NCBI GenBank assembly: GCA_009694085.1
Contig: SHVW01000002.1
Span: 11,595-75,594, forward strand
Direction: 5' to 3'
DNA: 64,000 nt
Source: Alphaproteobacteria bacterium
GTDB taxonomy: Bacteria > Pseudomonadota > Alphaproteobacteria > SHVW01
Shown here: piece by piece, positions 50,229 to 58,950 of the stretch
Layout: every line of letters starts with the position of its first letter
How positions within the stretch are numbered: position 1 is the first letter of the stretch
Program-made: the position numbers and the translations under genes
Notes under the pieces: model-generated
Told to the model about the DNA's origin: nothing
What the model saw: the letters and a program-made list of their open reading frames with translations, nothing else
Databases searched by the model: none

Positions 50229-50590
50229 TCAGCCGCAATCGTTACACCAAGCTTAGGGAAGTTCGCTGGATTTTGCAATGGAAAAAGCTCATCTAAATTT
50301 GTAACTAAATTTCGTATCTATCTGAAAAGTAACAAAATATCGGCGCGGTCTAGACGTTCGCTTGAACGCACCGTTCGCCGGCCAAATCAAAAGAAATGGC
50401 CCGAGAAAACAGTCTAGGAATGGGCCGTTAAGCCCGGGACCTGGGGATCGCCGCTGCCGGCTCTCTCGCTCAGGAAGGCTCAGGGTAAATCAGGTGACGG
50501 TTCGATTGCAACGAGATTTTGAGGTTGGGTGATGACTCCCCCACTATATGTGGGGTCGCTCCGGTCGACTCGCGGTGCAGCCAAGGGCAG

Positions 50591-51258
50591 CTACAACCGG
50601 CTCTTGAGGAAGCGCGGGCGCCGCTCGTATTCGGCCGCTGAAATCAGCCCCGCCATGCGCAGGTTATACAGGTCGCGCAGACGCGGATCGGAGTCGGAGT
50701 CCATGGTCGTTGGCCGCGTGGCGATGCTGGTCGGTACGGTGGCGGCAGTGGCGCGCGGCGCGATCGACATGGGCTGAGCCGGCGATGTCGGCGGCGCAAA
50801 TGCCACGGTGGCGGCCGGGGTTGCGGGCCTCGTTGCGCTCGGTGCCGGCGGCGTGAACTTCCCGGCGGATTGGTTGAGATCGACCCTGATGACATTGGGA
50901 TAATCCCAGGCCGCGCCGCAGACAAGGTCGACCGTGATGCCGATCAGGCCGCCTAAGATGATGTTTCGAAGACCGGCAGGCCGGTCGTGGACGGCACCGT
51001 GGTCGAGGCCTGGTCGCCCTCGCGATGGGTGCAATTCACCAGCAGATCGCCATAGGCCCGGTGCACCTTGGTGGTGCCCGGCGTGGCGGCGACCGTCCAT
51101 GATCCGTGCCCGTTGGCGAGCGTGCATTCCGCACCGGGCCGGGGCGCCGTTTCGACCACAACGTCCTGGGTAGTCCCCGACATGATCGACGCGCAAGCGG
51201 CGGTCAATTGGAGCACCAGGGCACAGCAGAGCGCACGAAACATCCCCATCTGAGCCAT
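50591..51258 (-). pseudogene. lipoprotein with C-terminal SHOCT-like domain, reading frame broken once near 50967
   Basis: Frame A (51258..50953) has a lipobox signal MAQMGMFRALCCALVLQLTAAC. Frame B (down to 50591) continues NIILGGLIGITVDLVCGAAWDYP...LRDLYNLRMAGLISAAEYERR. Adding one G (TTCGAAAC -> TTCGGAAAC) joins them as ...LPVFGNIILGG... Confidence 0.55.
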
Positions 51259-51399
51259 AGCCCTACCCCTCGATCGATGTGGCGACGGCTCAGTATGTCG
51301 ATGCGGCAGGGCGGACACAAGGCGCTCGCATTGCTGCGGGGAATTCCTGGCAAAGCCCCTGACCGCCTGGGGCAAAGGCGGGTCGGTCTTCGAGTCGAC

Positions 51400-52002
51400 T
51401 CAGGGATTCGGCCGCTTCAGCCAGAACACCATCGGCTTGTCCGTTTGTGCCGAATCGCCAATGTCGCGCCAGGAAAAATGGGCGACCAGCTCCGGGTGGC
51501 GCGCGAAGCCGCGTTTCTGCCAGAAACGGTCGAGCGGTATGTAATCGTCCGGCCGCTTGGGGTGGTCGGCTGGGCGGTCGACGCCGCAGAAAGCGAACCA
51601 ATCGAACTCGCCGAAAGACCGCGCATGGGCCTCGCGATGCTCGAAGAAGCCGAGGCCGATCCCGGTGCCGCGATAGGATTTGAGCAAAACGGACTCGCCG
51701 AAATAGAAGATGCGCGCGATGTCGTAGCCCCGGGCCAGGAACGGCTTGGTCACGTAATCGGGCTCGTCGGCCATGGGTAAGGCGGTGGCCGCCCCGACCA
51801 CGGCTGTGCCGTCGAAGGCGGCTACGATCACGCTGCCGCGCGAACGCCCATAGCTCCTGAGATAGTCGCGCTCATAGTCCAGGGAGCCATCGTAGAGATA
51901 GGGAAAGTCGCGAAACACCGCGATGCGCAGCCGGGCGAGGTCGTCGATATGGCGTTCAAGCGCGGGGCCGGTCAGGCGCTCCAGGCGGATCGCCGCGCTC
52001 AT
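51400..52002 (-). CDS. GNAT-family N-acetyltransferase
   Basis: 200 aa. ...SVLLKSYRGTGIGLGFFEHRE... is an acetyl-CoA-binding-type motif (R/QxxGxG). 4-nt overlap with the upstream gene. Confidence 0.7.
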   Translation of the reverse strand: MSAAIRLERLTGPALERHIDDLARLRIAVFRDFPYLYDGSLDYERDYLRSYGRSRGSVIVAAFDGTAVVGAATALPMADEPDYVTKPFLARGYDIARIFYFGESVLLKSYRGTGIGLGFFEHREAHARSFGEFDWFAFCGVDRPADHPKRPDDYIPLDRFWQKRGFARHPELVAHFSWRDIGDSAQTDKPMVFWLKRPNP

Positions 52003-52433
52003 CGCGGCGGTCGCCGTTTATGGGATGCGGCCGAAATCTGGGCCAGCCAATCGTTGAGATTATAGGTGTTGCTGATGCGGGCCACGCGCCCGCCCTTGAT
52101 CTCGAAAAATGCCCCGGCGGGCAGTCGATAGCGCTGTCCGGTCGCGGCGGGCAGGCCCTTGTCAGTCTTTACATAGGTTCCGAGCACCGTGAATTCCGCG
52201 GCGGCGCGCCGACCGGTACGATCGGTCATGACAACGATACCGACGATTTTCTCGCGGTAGCAGGCCGCCATGCGCTTCAGAAAGCGTTGGAATGCCGGCT
52301 TGCCGATTTCGCGCCGGCCTTGATTGATATCGTGCGCCACGCGAGGGGCGAGTAAACCCAGAAAGCCCTCGACATCGCCGGCGTTAAAGGCGGCGTAGTA
52401 GGCGCGGACGACGGTCTCAGCTTCGGCGGCCAT
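51999..52433 (-). CDS. SnoaL/NTF2-like (ketosteroid isomerase-related) protein
   Basis: VVRAYYAAFNAGDVEGFLGLLAPRVAHD... is a typical NTF2-like start. 144 aa. Confidence 0.7.
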   Translation of the reverse strand: MAAEAETVVRAYYAAFNAGDVEGFLGLLAPRVAHDINQGRREIGKPAFQRFLKRMAACYREKIVGIVVMTDRTGRRAAAEFTVLGTYVKTDKGLPAATGQRYRLPAGAFFEIKGGRVARISNTYNLNDWLAQISAASHKRRPPR

Positions 52434-52581
52434 TCTAAGCTCCCATCTCAGGTTCGTGCCTTCCTAACCCGATCCGGCCCAGCCGCACAACTGCGCCCTG
52501 AACCGACCGGAGCGGGACAAGGGAGCGGAGGACGGAACGCAGGATATGTCATAAACTCACGTATAAGATCAGGATGCACCT

Positions 52582-54291
52582 ATGTTGAAGACACTCAAAC
52601 AGATCGATCGGCGATGGCTCGGCGCGGCGGCGGCGGCGATCATCGTCCTTTTTGCCGGCGGCTTCTATTGGGGTGGGCGCGATGACGGCGCACAGGCCGG
52701 ATACCGCTTTGCGCGGGTAGAGAAAGGCCCGTTGGTCGCCGCCGTCTACGCCTCCGGCTCGCTCAACGCCGTGGTCACCGTGCAGGTCGGCTCTCAACTC
52801 TCTGGGCTGATTAAGGAGCTTTATGTCGACTTCAACGCCGAGGTGAAAAAGGATCAGGTGATCGCCATCCTCGATCCCCAGACCTACGAGGCCAAGGTTA
52901 ACCAAGCGCAGGCCGAACTCGAAGTGGCGCGCGCCGCCGTGCTGACCCAGCAGGCGTCGGTGGAACGCTGGCGTGCCGATGTGCGCAGCATGCGCGCCAA
53001 TTTCGCCGCCGCCCAAGCTCAGACCGCCAAGTCGCGCGCCCTCAAGGACGAGGCCGAGCGGGATTTCACGCGAAAGAGCGGCCTGGTTCAACGTGGCTTC
53101 ATCTCGTCCGCCGACATCGACAAGGCGCGTTCCGCCTTTGAGTCCGCCCAGGCTCAGCTCACAGCCTCCCAGGCCCAGGAGCGCGCCCAGGATGCCACGA
53201 TCGGCTCCGCCGAGGCCCAGCTTCGCATGGCCGAGGCCCAGGTGATTAATGCCCAGGCCACAGTCAAACAACGCGCGGCCGCGCTTCAGCAGGCCCAGAT
53301 CGATCTCGACCGCACCATCATCCGCGCGCCGCTCGACGGCGTGATCGTGCTGCGCAATATCGATGTCGGCCAAACTGTGGCGGCCAGCTTGCAGGCGCCG
53401 ACCCTGTTCACCATCGCCCAGGATCTACGCGTTATGGAAGTGCACACCACGGTCGACCAGGCCGATATCGGCCGCATCCGCGTCGGCCAAGGTGCGACCT
53501 TCACGGTCGATTCCTATCCCGGCCGCACCTTCCAGGGCGATGTCGCTCAGATTCGCATCGCGCCGCAGACGGTACAGAACGTGGTGACCTATGTGGTTGT
53601 CATCAGCGCCCCCAATGCCGATGGCCGGTTGCTGCCCGGCATGACCGCCAATGTACGGGTGGAAACCGCGCAGCGCGCCGACGTGCTCAAAGTGCCGAAC
53701 GCGGCGCTGCGCTACCGGCCGGCCGGTACGAGCGCTGCGTTGCCGGGTGAGGCGCCGAGCGCCGGTGGCGGTCCGCGCGGTGAGGCCGGGACGCCGGAGC
53801 AGCGTGCCGAACAGCTTGCGCGCGAACTCGGCTTGTCGGCGGAGCAGAAAGATCAGGTCACTCGTATCTTCACCGAAGCGCGCCAGCAGTTCCAAGCGGC
53901 GCGGCGGCCGAGTGCGGGCGGTGAGGCGGCGCAGGGCGAGGGCGCCGCCGCCGGCAATCCGGCACTCCAACGCCAGCGCGCCTTCGCCGCTGTGCGCGAG
54001 AAAGTGACGGCCGTACTGACGCCTGAGCAGCGTCAGCGTTATCAAGAGATGCAGTCCCAGCGCGCCAACGCCGATCGGCCGACGCCGGGCCGGGTGTGGG
54101 TGCTCGGCAGCGATGGCAAGCCGCAGGCGGTGGCCATCCAGATCGGCATCGGCGACGGCAATGTCAGCGAGCTAGTCCAGGGCGAGATCAAAGAAGGTCA
54201 GCAGGTCATCGTCGGCGGCATCGGTGCCGCCGCTGCTAGCGGCGCGGGCGGCAATCAACGCCCGCCCGGCCCACCCGGTCTCAGGCTTTAG
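52582..54291 (+). CDS. HlyD/MacA-family efflux periplasmic adaptor with a ~120-aa insertion carrying two LTXXQ-like motifs
   Basis: N-terminal TM segment, lipoyl/barrel segments ([33 protein letters not shown]), a coiled coil, and [10 protein letters not shown]. Then an inserted Ala/Gln/Arg-rich block with LSAEQKDQV and LTPEQRQRY before the usual C-terminal VWVL...GQQVIVGG. Confidence 0.8.
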   Translation: MLKTLKQIDRRWLGAAAAAIIVLFAGGFYWGGRDDGAQAGYRFARVEKGPLVAAVYASGSLNAVVTVQVGSQLSGLIKELYVDFNAEVKKDQVIAILDPQTYEAKVNQAQAELEVARAAVLTQQASVERWRADVRSMRANFAAAQAQTAKSRALKDEAERDFTRKSGLVQRGFISSADIDKARSAFESAQAQLTASQAQERAQDATIGSAEAQLRMAEAQVINAQATVKQRAAALQQAQIDLDRTIIRAPLDGVIVLRNIDVGQTVAASLQAPTLFTIAQDLRVMEVHTTVDQADIGRIRVGQGATFTVDSYPGRTFQGDVAQIRIAPQTVQNVVTYVVVISAPNADGRLLPGMTANVRVETAQRADVLKVPNAALRYRPAGTSAALPGEAPSAGGGPRGEAGTPEQRAEQLARELGLSAEQKDQVTRIFTEARQQFQAARRPSAGGEAAQGEGAAAGNPALQRQRAFAAVREKVTAVLTPEQRQRYQEMQSQRANADRPTPGRVWVLGSDGKPQAVAIQIGIGDGNVSELVQGEIKEGQQVIVGGIGAAAASGAGGNQRPPGPPGLRL

Positions 54292-54302
54292 GCCGCGCCA
54301 TC

Positions 54303-55046
54303 GTGACCACGCCCGTGGTCGAAACCATCGACCTGCGCAAGACCTACCGCTTGGGCGGTCACAAGGTGCGCGCGTTGCGCGGCGTGTCCATGTCGATTGC
54401 ATCGGGCGAGTTCGTCGCGGTCATGGGGCCGTCGGGATCGGGCAAATCCACATTCATGAACCTGGTCGGTTGCCTGGACTCGCCGAGCGACGGTCGTTAC
54501 GTGCTCGACGGACGAGATATCGGTCAGACCGACGCGGTCGAGCGTGCGGCAATCCGCAATCGCAAGATCGGCTTCGTATTTCAAAGCTTCAACCTGCTGC
54601 CGCGCACCAGTGCCGCTGAAAACGTCGAGCTGCCCCTAATTTACGGCGGGCGGCCCCAACGCGAGCGGCGCGAGGCCGCCTTGGCAAAACTGGCCGCCGT
54701 CGGTCTCAGCGATCGCTGGCATCACCATCCCTCTCAGCTTTCCGGCGGCCAGCAGCAGCGCGTTGCCATCGCACGCGCGTTGGTCAACGATCCCGTCCTC
54801 GTGCTGGCGGACGAGCCGACCGGTGCGCTCGACAGCCGCACTAGCTTGGAAATTATGGCCTTGTTTCAGGGACTCAATCGCGATGGCATTACCATCGTGC
54901 TGGTCACCCACGAACCCGACGTGGCGAAATTTGCCAGCCGCATCCTGAATTTTCGCGATGGCAAGCTGGTCGGCGACCACGCCAATGACGACCGGGCCGA
55001 TGCCACGGCCTTGCTAGCGGCCCAGCCGGCGGCGGTCGAGTCATGA
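54303..55046 (+). CDS. ABC transporter ATP-binding protein (MacB/LolD-type)
   Basis: [44 protein letters not shown] start. Confidence 0.85.
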   Translation: MTTPVVETIDLRKTYRLGGHKVRALRGVSMSIASGEFVAVMGPSGSGKSTFMNLVGCLDSPSDGRYVLDGRDIGQTDAVERAAIRNRKIGFVFQSFNLLPRTSAAENVELPLIYGGRPQRERREAALAKLAAVGLSDRWHHHPSQLSGGQQQRVAIARALVNDPVLVLADEPTGALDSRTSLEIMALFQGLNRDGITIVLVTHEPDVAKFASRILNFRDGKLVGDHANDDRADATALLAAQPAAVES

Positions 55047-56275
55047 GCTTTTGGGCCAGCATCCGCGTCGCACTCCGCGCGCTTCGCGTCAATGCCCTGC
55101 GCTCGGCGCTCACCATGCTCGGCATCATTATCGGCGTCGGCGCGGTCATCACCATGGTGGCGGTCGGCTCGGGCGCACAGCAGAAGGTGAGCGAGCAGAT
55201 CCGCAGCCTTGGCGCCAATCTGATCATCGCGCTGCCCGGCAATATTACCAGCGGCGGCGTGCGCATGGGTCTGGGCAGCCGGGTTACCATCACCGACGAG
55301 GACGCCGCCGCGATCCAGCGCGAGATTCCGAGCGTACAGGTGGCTGCCGCTACCGTGCGCGGCGGCGTTCAGATCGTCTATGGCAACCAGAACTGGGCGA
55401 CCGCGATCCAGGGCGTGACGCCCGAATTCTTCGAGGCGCGCGAATGGGATGTGGATGACGGCCGCCTGCTCACGGGCGAGGACGTGCAATCGACGGCGCG
55501 CGTCGTGCTGCTCGGCCAAACCGTGGTGCGCAACCTGTTCGGCGATGAAAGCCCGCTCGACCGCACCATCCGCATTCGCGACGTGCCGTTCACGGTGATC
55601 GGCGTGCTCGGCTACAAGGGTCAGAACACCCAGGGCCAGGACCAGGACGACATTGTCGTCGCGCCGTTATCGACCGCGCGCAAACGCGTGCTTGGCTTCA
55701 GCGCCGTGCGCGCGCGCTCGGTCGGTACCATCCTGGTCAAGGTGCAGCAGGCGAGCCAGATGGACGAGGCGATGTCCGATTTGCGCGACCTGCTGCGCCA
55801 GCGCCATCGTCTTCAGCCCAACGACGATGATGATTTCTCGCTCCGCAATTTGGCAGAGATCATGGCCACTCGCGAGGCGTCGAGCCGCATTCTGACACTG
55901 TTGCTGGCCGCAGTCGCTTCGGTATCGCTCGTGGTCGGTGGCATCGGCATCATGAATATCATGCTGGTCTCGGTGACCGAGCGCACGCGCGAGATCGGCC
56001 TGCGCATGGCGGTCGGCGCCCGCGCGCGCGACATCATGGCGCAGTTCCTGATCGAGGCGGTGACCTTGTCGATCATCGGCGGCACGATCGGCATCGTTGC
56101 CGGCGTTGCATCGTCTCACGCGATCGCCCATTTCGCCGGGTGGCCGACCTTGATCCGCGTCGAATTCGTGTTGCTGGCGTTTCTGTTCTCGGGCGCGGTC
56201 GGGGTTTTCTTCGGCTTCTACCCCGCACGCAAGGCGGCGCGGCTCGATCCGATCGAGGCGCTGAGATTCGAGTAA
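55043..56275 (+). CDS. ABC transporter permease (MacB/FtsX-type, with periplasmic MacB_PCD-like domain)
   Basis: [27 protein letters not shown]...[19 protein letters not shown]...[21 protein letters not shown] overlap with the ATPase stop. Confidence 0.85.
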   Translation: MSFWASIRVALRALRVNALRSALTMLGIIIGVGAVITMVAVGSGAQQKVSEQIRSLGANLIIALPGNITSGGVRMGLGSRVTITDEDAAAIQREIPSVQVAAATVRGGVQIVYGNQNWATAIQGVTPEFFEAREWDVDDGRLLTGEDVQSTARVVLLGQTVVRNLFGDESPLDRTIRIRDVPFTVIGVLGYKGQNTQGQDQDDIVVAPLSTARKRVLGFSAVRARSVGTILVKVQQASQMDEAMSDLRDLLRQRHRLQPNDDDDFSLRNLAEIMATREASSRILTLLLAAVASVSLVVGGIGIMNIMLVSVTERTREIGLRMAVGARARDIMAQFLIEAVTLSIIGGTIGIVAGVASSHAIAHFAGWPTLIRVEFVLLAFLFSGAVGVFFGFYPARKAARLDPIEALRFE

Positions 56276-56382
56276 AACTGGGCATCTCGGCTAGACTCTG
56301 TGATCGCCGCAGAGCCATCCTTGCCCGATCTTGTTCGACGCTGCGGTCCATTTGACCGATGGCAGATAGAGGAGTGAGTGCG

Positions 56383-56718
56383 ATGCGCGGCCTCGCGATC
56401 CTGGCAATTGTTGCAATCGGGGCGTTGATCGGTGCAGCGCCGCTGTTCGCTCATCACGGCTGGAGCGGTTACGACTCCCAGAATGTCTTGACCCTGACTG
56501 GGCCTTTGATTCGCGTCGATTACCCCAATCCTCATGTCTTGATCGACCTCAAGGTTGGCGACAAATCCTGGAATGTCGTGCTCGCGCCGTCCACACGCAT
56601 GCATAGCCGCAGGCTGCCCGATGGCGTACTCAAGGTCGGCTATCCGCATAAAGTCGAGGCGGGCGAGCTGCGTGCGGAGCGCATGACCGTGGCCGGCAAA
56701 ACGATCGAACTGCGCTGA
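56383..56718 (+). CDS. small secreted protein, DUF6152-like
   Basis: Signal peptide MRGLAILAIVAIGALIGAAPLFA, then HHGWSGYD...LTGPLIRVDYPNPHVLIDL (pattern recalled for DUF6152). SD AGAGGAG at 56367-56373. Confidence 0.6.
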   Translation: MRGLAILAIVAIGALIGAAPLFAHHGWSGYDSQNVLTLTGPLIRVDYPNPHVLIDLKVGDKSWNVVLAPSTRMHSRRLPDGVLKVGYPHKVEAGELRAERMTVAGKTIELR

Positions 56719-56728
56719 TCGGCCGGTC

Positions 56729-57223
56729 ATGCACGCCGCCGAAGGACCGGCGTGGGCGCTGGCACTGGAACACTCGGCGTTCGCAGAAGCCATGCGCGGC
56801 GGTATCTATCTCTATCCGGCGATCGAGACCGGACATATCCTCGGCTTTGCCTGTCTGATCGGCGCCATCCTCGTACTCGATGCGCGCCTGCTCGGGCTGG
56901 GACGCGGTGTCAGCCCGGCGGCGCTGGCGCGACTGGCCATCCCGATCGCTGCTTCAGGCTTGGCGCTTGCCGCGGCGATGGGCGTCCTGCTGTTCTTGAC
57001 CGAGGCGGCCGCCTATCTGCGCAACCCGTTCTTCCTCGCCAAGCTGGGACTGATCGCGGCAGGGCTCGTCAATATCGTCTTGTTTCACCGCTATCTGAAG
57101 CCGGGCATCGACGCTTGGCCGGCCGACGGCCTGCCGCCGCCGCGCGTTCGCGTGAGTGCCGCGATCTCGGCGGCGATCTGGATCGCGGTGCCGATCTGCG
57201 GCCGGCTCATCGCCTATGTTTGA
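56729..57223 (+). CDS. hypothetical integral membrane protein (about 4 TM)
   Basis: 164-aa hydrophobic ORF 10 nt downstream of the preceding gene. No family recognised. Confidence 0.6.
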   Translation: MHAAEGPAWALALEHSAFAEAMRGGIYLYPAIETGHILGFACLIGAILVLDARLLGLGRGVSPAALARLAIPIAASGLALAAAMGVLLFLTEAAAYLRNPFFLAKLGLIAAGLVNIVLFHRYLKPGIDAWPADGLPPPRVRVSAAISAAIWIAVPICGRLIAYV

Positions 57224-57364
57224 GGGGTTTAAGCCTTCGGCTTCCACTCCGCTCGCACGGCGGAGCGGCTGGACCCGATCAAGGGCCTAGGTTCGAGTAG
57301 GGGACCCCACCGCTCGCCTCCCTTGCTGGCTTGCTTTGATATGAAAATTTATCATGCTTCCGGG

Positions 57365-57717
57365 ATGCGGCGACTGATCTGGTTGGGCTCCACGCTAGAT
57401 GATCTTTCCAGGTTTTCCAAGGAGGTGAAAGGTGCCTTCGGACATGCCCTGCGCGAGGTGCAAAAAAAGGCACGATTCCGCCCGGCAGCGCTCCACTCAA
57501 GCAATTCGGCTCGGGTGTCTACGAGCTTCGGGACAGCCATGCCGGTGACGCCTATCGCGGTATCTATCTGGTCAAGCTTGCGCACGGAGTCTATGTCTTG
57601 CACATGTTCAAGAAAAAATCGAAAGTCGGACGCAGCATGCCCAATGAGATCGTCGCAACCATCGCGTCGCGCATCAAGCAGGCGCAAATGATGGATCGAG
57701 AATTGGAGACGCCATGA
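57365..57717 (+). pseudogene. RelE/HigB-type (Gp49-like) toxin gene whose frame shifts by -1 at an A7 tract (A_AAA_AAG, 57463-57469)
   Basis: Frame 0 reads MRRLIWLGSTLDDLSRFSKEVKGAFGHALREVQKK. The -1 frame from 57469 reads GTIPPGSAPLKQFGSGVYELRDSHAGDAYRGIYLVKLAHGVYVLHMFKKKSKVG...ELETP*. Together they form a complete 117-aa toxin whose stop overlaps the antitoxin ATG (ATGA at 57714-57717). Confidence 0.6.
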
Positions 57718-58112
57718 CAAGACGCTCGGCCGTGGCACGCATCGGCAGCGACAACGTCTTCGCCGATCTTGGATTTTCGCCCGAGGAGGCGCAGGAAGCG
57801 CTAACGAAATCTGAATTGATTTCCGCCATCGCACCTACGATCAAGGGCCGGAAGCTAACTCAGGTCGCGGCGGCGCGGTTGTGCGATACGGACCAGCCGA
57901 CCATGTCGAAGGTTTTGCACGGACGCATGGAGAGCGTAACCATTGACCGGCTCGCGCAATGGCTGACCGCTTTTGGTCGCACCGTTGAAATTCGTGTCAT
58001 GCCTGCGGGGCGGGCGAAAGAGCGGCCGGCTGCTCGTGCGTGCGGCCTGATCCGGTTTAAACCTTCAATTTCGGATCGAGCCAGTCGCGCAGGCTGTCGC
58101 CGAACAGGTTGA
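57714..58112 (+). CDS. XRE-family HTH antitoxin (HigA-like) with an unusually long C-terminal tail
   Basis: GSDNVFADLGFSPEEAQEALTKSELISAI...KLTQVAAARLCDTDQPTMSKVLHGRMESVTIDRLAQWLTAFGRTVEIRV is the typical partner of Gp49-like toxins. The last ~35 codons overlap the 3' end of the convergent permease gene. Confidence 0.75.
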   Translation: MTRRSAVARIGSDNVFADLGFSPEEAQEALTKSELISAIAPTIKGRKLTQVAAARLCDTDQPTMSKVLHGRMESVTIDRLAQWLTAFGRTVEIRVMPAGRAKERPAARACGLIRFKPSISDRASRAGCRRTG

Positions 58113-58950
58113 AGGCGAATACCGATAAGCTGATGGCGACCCCGGGGAACACGATCATCCAGGGCGCCTCGCGATAGAAATCGGCGGCGCTGCCCGACAG
58201 CATCAGGCCCCAGGCGGGGGTCGGCTCGGTCACGCCGAGGCCGAGGAAACTCAAGGATGCCTCGAGCAAGATAGCTTGCGCCACGAAAGCGGTCAGCATG
58301 ATCAGGAAGGGCGCGGCCACGTTGGGCGCGATATGGCGGAAGATGATGCGGGTGTGGGAATAGCCGGCGGCGCGCGCCGCGTCGATGAACGGCATCTCGC
58401 GGACGGCGAGCGCGGAAGCACGCACGACGCGCGCCACCCGCGGCAGGATCGGGATGGCGATCGCCACGATCAGGTTGAAGTCGATGCCGAGCATGCGGCC
58501 CTTGCCCAGGAGTGCCACGACGACCACGGCGAGCACGATGATGGGAAAGGACAGCAAGATGTCGAGGAAACTCTGGACCGCGAGGTCGATACGGCCGCCA
58601 AAATAGGCGGAGGCCACGCCGACCATGGCGCCGAGGAACGATCCGGCGAAGGACGACAGGAACCCGACGGCCAGCGCGGTGCGGGCGCCGTAGATGATGC
58701 GGCTGAGTACGTCGCGGCCGAACGAGTCCGTGCCGAGCCAATGCTCGAACGATGGGGCCGTTAGCATGGCGGCGAAGTCGACCGCCACCGGATCGTAGGG
58801 TGCCACGTAGTCGGCGAATAGCGCCGCCACCATCATGGCAATGATAATTAGCAGCCCTACGGCGCCCAGCGGCTGCAAGATAAGGAATTGCAGGGCCGGA
58901 TGCCGGCGCTTGGGCAGGACAAGCTCGTTTTGGGGCAGCGCCAGAGTCAT
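58057..58950 (-). CDS. peptide/nickel ABC transporter permease (DppC/OppC-like)
   Basis: Polytopic membrane protein with the EAA region FIDAARAAGYSHTRIIFRHIAPNV. Confidence 0.85.
   Translation of the reverse strand: MTLALPQNELVLPKRRHPALQFLILQPLGAVGLLIIIAMMVAALFADYVAPYDPVAVDFAAMLTAPSFEHWLGTDSFGRDVLSRIIYGARTALAVGFLSSFAGSFLGAMVGVASAYFGGRIDLAVQSFLDILLSFPIIVLAVVVVALLGKGRMLGIDFNLIVAIAIPILPRVARVVRASALAVREMPFIDAARAAGYSHTRIIFRHIAPNVAAPFLIMLTAFVAQAILLEASLSFLGLGVTEPTPAWGLMLSGSAADFYREAPWMIVFPGVAISLSVFAFNLFGDSLRDWLDPKLKV

Noticed and set aside
50107-50540. Cobalamin riboswitch in the leader of the B12-dependent nrdJ
   Set aside because: No B12-box-like sequence (rAGYCMGgAgaCCkGCc) or GGGAA/GGTG core is visible on the minus strand. 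B12 riboswitches normally control B12-independent isozymes, not nrdJ.
50560-50590. GTGCAGCCAAGGGCAGC, reminiscent of the SRP (4.5S) RNA GAAGCAGCCAAGGCAG segment
   Set aside because: The essential GGUCCGGAAGGAAGC domain-IV motif and a complementary 5'/3' helix are absent. The segment abuts the 3' end of the lipoprotein gene, so the resemblance is probably chance.
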